DNA from: Amphiscolops sp. MND2022
Taxonomy: Eukaryota
Assembly: GCA_964187785.1 (NCBI GenBank)
Contig: OZ076409.1
Coordinates: 49,974,001-50,038,000, forward strand
DNA: 64,000 nt
Reading direction: 5' to 3'
Both the position numbers and the translations under genes were made by a program. Shown here piece after piece: positions 61,415-64,000 of this stretch (the first letter of the stretch is position 1; every line of letters begins with the position of its first letter). The notes under the pieces were generated by a model. That model was not told the origin of the DNA. It ran no database searches and was given only the letters and a program-made list of their open reading frames with translations.

Positions 61415-64000
61415 ATGCAAAAACTCATTGAATTCAATGAACACCAAGACATACCACCTTATCGTCCTTCTCATTTACAAGAACTCAAACACTTATCTGA
61501 ATATTTCGAGATCCCTGATCTTGACACAAAAGTTCAAAGACATGGTAACCCTCATTATTGGCTACAACGAGATATATTACAAATAAAGAATTTCGAGTTC
61601 AAATTCTTTACAAAAATTACCCTTACAGATGACACTATACCTCAAGTCAAAATTTTTACACATTTCTTATTAAAATTCTTTAGATTTAACTACCAATTAC
61701 TTTGGGAACAAAAAGACCAAAACGCTTATACTAACTTCCCAAAAGCATTAACAGATATAGAACTCTTACCATACATCATAGACAATAAAAACAAACACTC
61801 ACATTACATTGATCTTACTTCATTAAATGTTACACATTTTGAACAAATAAACCTAGATCACAACTTTGTACTTGAACATTCTGAAACGTCAGATAGTAGA
61901 CCTTATATTACATCTGATACCTTATATCACACAACTCTTCCAACACAAACATTTAATGTTGAACCTCCATATATCAGACAACAATCAGAACAATCAGAAC
62001 AAGAATCTATAACACAAGAAACACTTGTTCATCTTTTTCAAAATCCTGATTCTCCTCAAGAACAATCATCACAGCCACCACAATCACAAATCTCTGATAC
62101 GCGACACCCAAATCCGTCTGAAACACATACACTTCCCAATACATCAGAATTTTCTGACGAAACAGTACAAAATCCACAAAGTTTTACAATAACTGAAGAC
62201 TCCAATCTTATAACAATTCCTACCCATAATATCACCCAAAGGACTACAAATCAGAATCAAGACAACCCTTCAAATATCATTACAGACAATACTTCTGTTT
62301 TATCTCCATATAATACTAACATTACACAACCCTCTCAGACACAAATAATACCTCCTCGAAATTATGATCCACCTCCTATTCCATCTCAATTCTCAGCTCA
62401 AATAAATACTCATGTCTCTCCTCAACCAAGCTCATCAAATACACACTCTATTACACAGAACAATAATACAGTACATTTCCAAACACCAACTCCACCTTCA
62501 TCTTCTGAAATACAAACTTCAACTTATACTCCAGCTCAAACTAACCCAGTACAAACTACACAGCCTACCTTAAATATTAACACAATTCATTCTAACCCGC
62601 TCTCTAACTATACTACAGCCAGACATCTGTCTCGACCTCCATTACAACCTATATTAACTGACCCATTATCATACAATCTCACCAGTACCAATCCAAGTCA
62701 TACCCAACAATCTCAAATAAATTATAACACACACAACCAATTAAACACTCTTTCTTCCCAGCATACATCTAATACAATCCCTTCTACATTACAAACCTCT
62801 CACTTTCAAATATCAAATCCTCCTTCAACAACAATTAGAACTAACCCTCACTTTCATAATACTTCAACTATCCCTTCAACTAATATTTCGAATCATCCTA
62901 CATACAATACAACACCTCCATCTACTATGTCTCATAACACTATGTCACATCCAACATATATTAACTCTTCTACTTCTATATCAGAACCCATTAAACCTTT
63001 TGATGGACTCGATCACAACTATACACCTGAAGAATATTTACAACATATTGAGGCACGTGTTACATTCTCCTTAGGTTTACAACCTACATCAGAACATGAA
63101 TATAAATTTTGGCACGCTCGCCGCATGGCTTTCATACAATGCTCTTTAACAGGTACAGCACTAAGCTGGTACATCCGTTTAAACGACACTTATAAACATG
63201 ATTGGCACGCTTTCGTACAAGCTTTCAAAAAACAATTTTCCTCACAAAAGAACGCTTATTACGCTCAAGTTGAAGCCCTTAATTTAACAAAGAAAGATAA
63301 TGAAACAGTACGTCATTTTGCACTCAAAGTTCAACAACTGGTTGAAAAAGGCTGGTGTAATGAGAATGCATCTACTATAAACCTTAAATGCAATGAAATC
63401 TTTACAAAAGGACTTCCAAAAACCCTTAAAGACTTTGCAAATAAAAGACAAGTAAAACACACCTCCACTGTCTTAGAACCTTCAATTCCTTTCCATACTT
63501 TGGTAAAACTTGTTGACGCTGAGGATATTGCAAACGACAAAATTAGAACACATGATCTTGCACTTGAAATCAATAATATTACAAAACAATTGAACACTCA
63601 AACCCTAGATCACCCATCTCAAGAACAACTTATGTATACACAACCCAAAGACCCAAATAACAAAAATAAACCTGCATATAAAAAATACTGCTCATACTGT
63701 CATAGAACAAATCACTCCATTTCTGCTTGTTTCAAAAAACAACGAGATGACGAAGATAAACGAGAAGCATATGCTCGATCAAAATCTCCACAAAAATCAT
63801 TCGTTCAGTACTTTCGTTCTCCTTCAAATGACAAAACAAAACACTATGATAATCGATATCGAAGTCGAAGTACTTCACGAGATAACTCTTATAACCAAAA
63901 ATATTCACAAGATCGATACCGTTCTACATCTCGAGATAGAGACCGATTCCGTTATGATAAAAGTACTACTCCTCCACATTACTCCAGATCAAGATATGAT
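61415..64000 (+). CDS. gag: Gag (862 codons, open to the window end; absent from the supplied ORF track, consistent with no stop being reached)
   Basis: Capsid-like IKPFDGLDHNYTPEEYL..SLTGTALSWY..AFKKQF..ETVRHF, CCHC knuckle CSYCHRTNHSISAC, and an R/S-rich tail. Confidence 0.9.
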   Translation, partial: MQKLIEFNEHQDIPPYRPSHLQELKHLSEYFEIPDLDTKVQRHGNPHYWLQRDILQIKNFEFKFFTKITLTDDTIPQVKIFTHFLLKFFRFNYQLLWEQKDQNAYTNFPKALTDIELLPYIIDNKNKHSHYIDLTSLNVTHFEQINLDHNFVLEHSETSDSRPYITSDTLYHTTLPTQTFNVEPPYIRQQSEQSEQESITQETLVHLFQNPDSPQEQSSQPPQSQISDTRHPNPSETHTLPNTSEFSDETVQNPQSFTITEDSNLITIPTHNITQRTTNQNQDNPSNIITDNTSVLSPYNTNITQPSQTQIIPPRNYDPPPIPSQFSAQINTHVSPQPSSSNTHSITQNNNTVHFQTPTPPSSSEIQTSTYTPAQTNPVQTTQPTLNINTIHSNPLSNYTTARHLSRPPLQPILTDPLSYNLTSTNPSHTQQSQINYNTHNQLNTLSSQHTSNTIPSTLQTSHFQISNPPSTTIRTNPHFHNTSTIPSTNISNHPTYNTTPPSTMSHNTMSHPTYINSSTSISEPIKPFDGLDHNYTPEEYLQHIEARVTFSLGLQPTSEHEYKFWHARRMAFIQCSLTGTALSWYIRLNDTYKHDWHAFVQAFKKQFSSQKNAYYAQVEALNLTKKDNETVRHFALKVQQLVEKGWCNENASTINLKCNEIFTKGLPKTLKDFANKRQVKHTSTVLEPSIPFHTLVKLVDAEDIANDKIRTHDLALEINNITKQLNTQTLDHPSQEQLMYTQPKDPNNKNKPAYKKYCSYCHRTNHSISACFKKQRDDEDKREAYARSKSPQKSFVQYFRSPSNDKTKHYDNRYRSRSTSRDNSYNQKYSQDRYRSTSRDRDRFRYDKSTTPPHYSRSRYD

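Larger units (their letters stand above)
59510..64000 (+). mobile_element. 5' part of LTR retrotransposon E4 (putative LTR about 59510-60410, leader, small ORF, long gag)
   Basis: TATAAAAG at 59933, tandem subrepeats at 60120-60400, TGG at 60421 followed by an abrupt G-poor leader, and gag downstream. The LTR limits are tentative. Confidence 0.75.

Overview
AT-rich, repeat-dense eukaryotic (animal-type) DNA; the species cannot be determined from the window. About two-thirds of it is Ty3/Gypsy LTR retrotransposon. E0 is a 3' end (1-6063). E1 is a full-length decayed copy on the minus strand (9940-23308, TSD GGGAG). A solo LTR lies at 8759-9831 (TSD GGCTC). E2a/E2b is a chimera with two RT-RNaseH sets (about 29401-40282). 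E3 is a decayed Mag-like copy (about 53300-58019), and E4 is a younger copy with a very long open gag (61415 to the end). Non-autonomous DNA elements are scattered between them: CCC..GGG elements with 2-bp TSDs (CMC/EnSpm-like), Helentron-type HINEs, a TA-TSD MITE and a tRNA-derived SINE head. Host exons on the minus strand encode calcium-binding EGF, F-type-lectin/F5-8-like and LDLa modules. The main finding is that three diverged Gypsy elements each carry, in their 3' internal region just upstream of the 3' LTR, an antisense gene resembling a zinc-finger/hAT-transposase-like protein; pol is visible upstream of it in E1 and E2b. The gene has spliceosomal introns, one at the same codon position in two diverged copies. 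In the same family the gag ORF starts about 120 codons inside the LTR and reads through the PBS. All assignments come from manual reading and translation; no database search was run.
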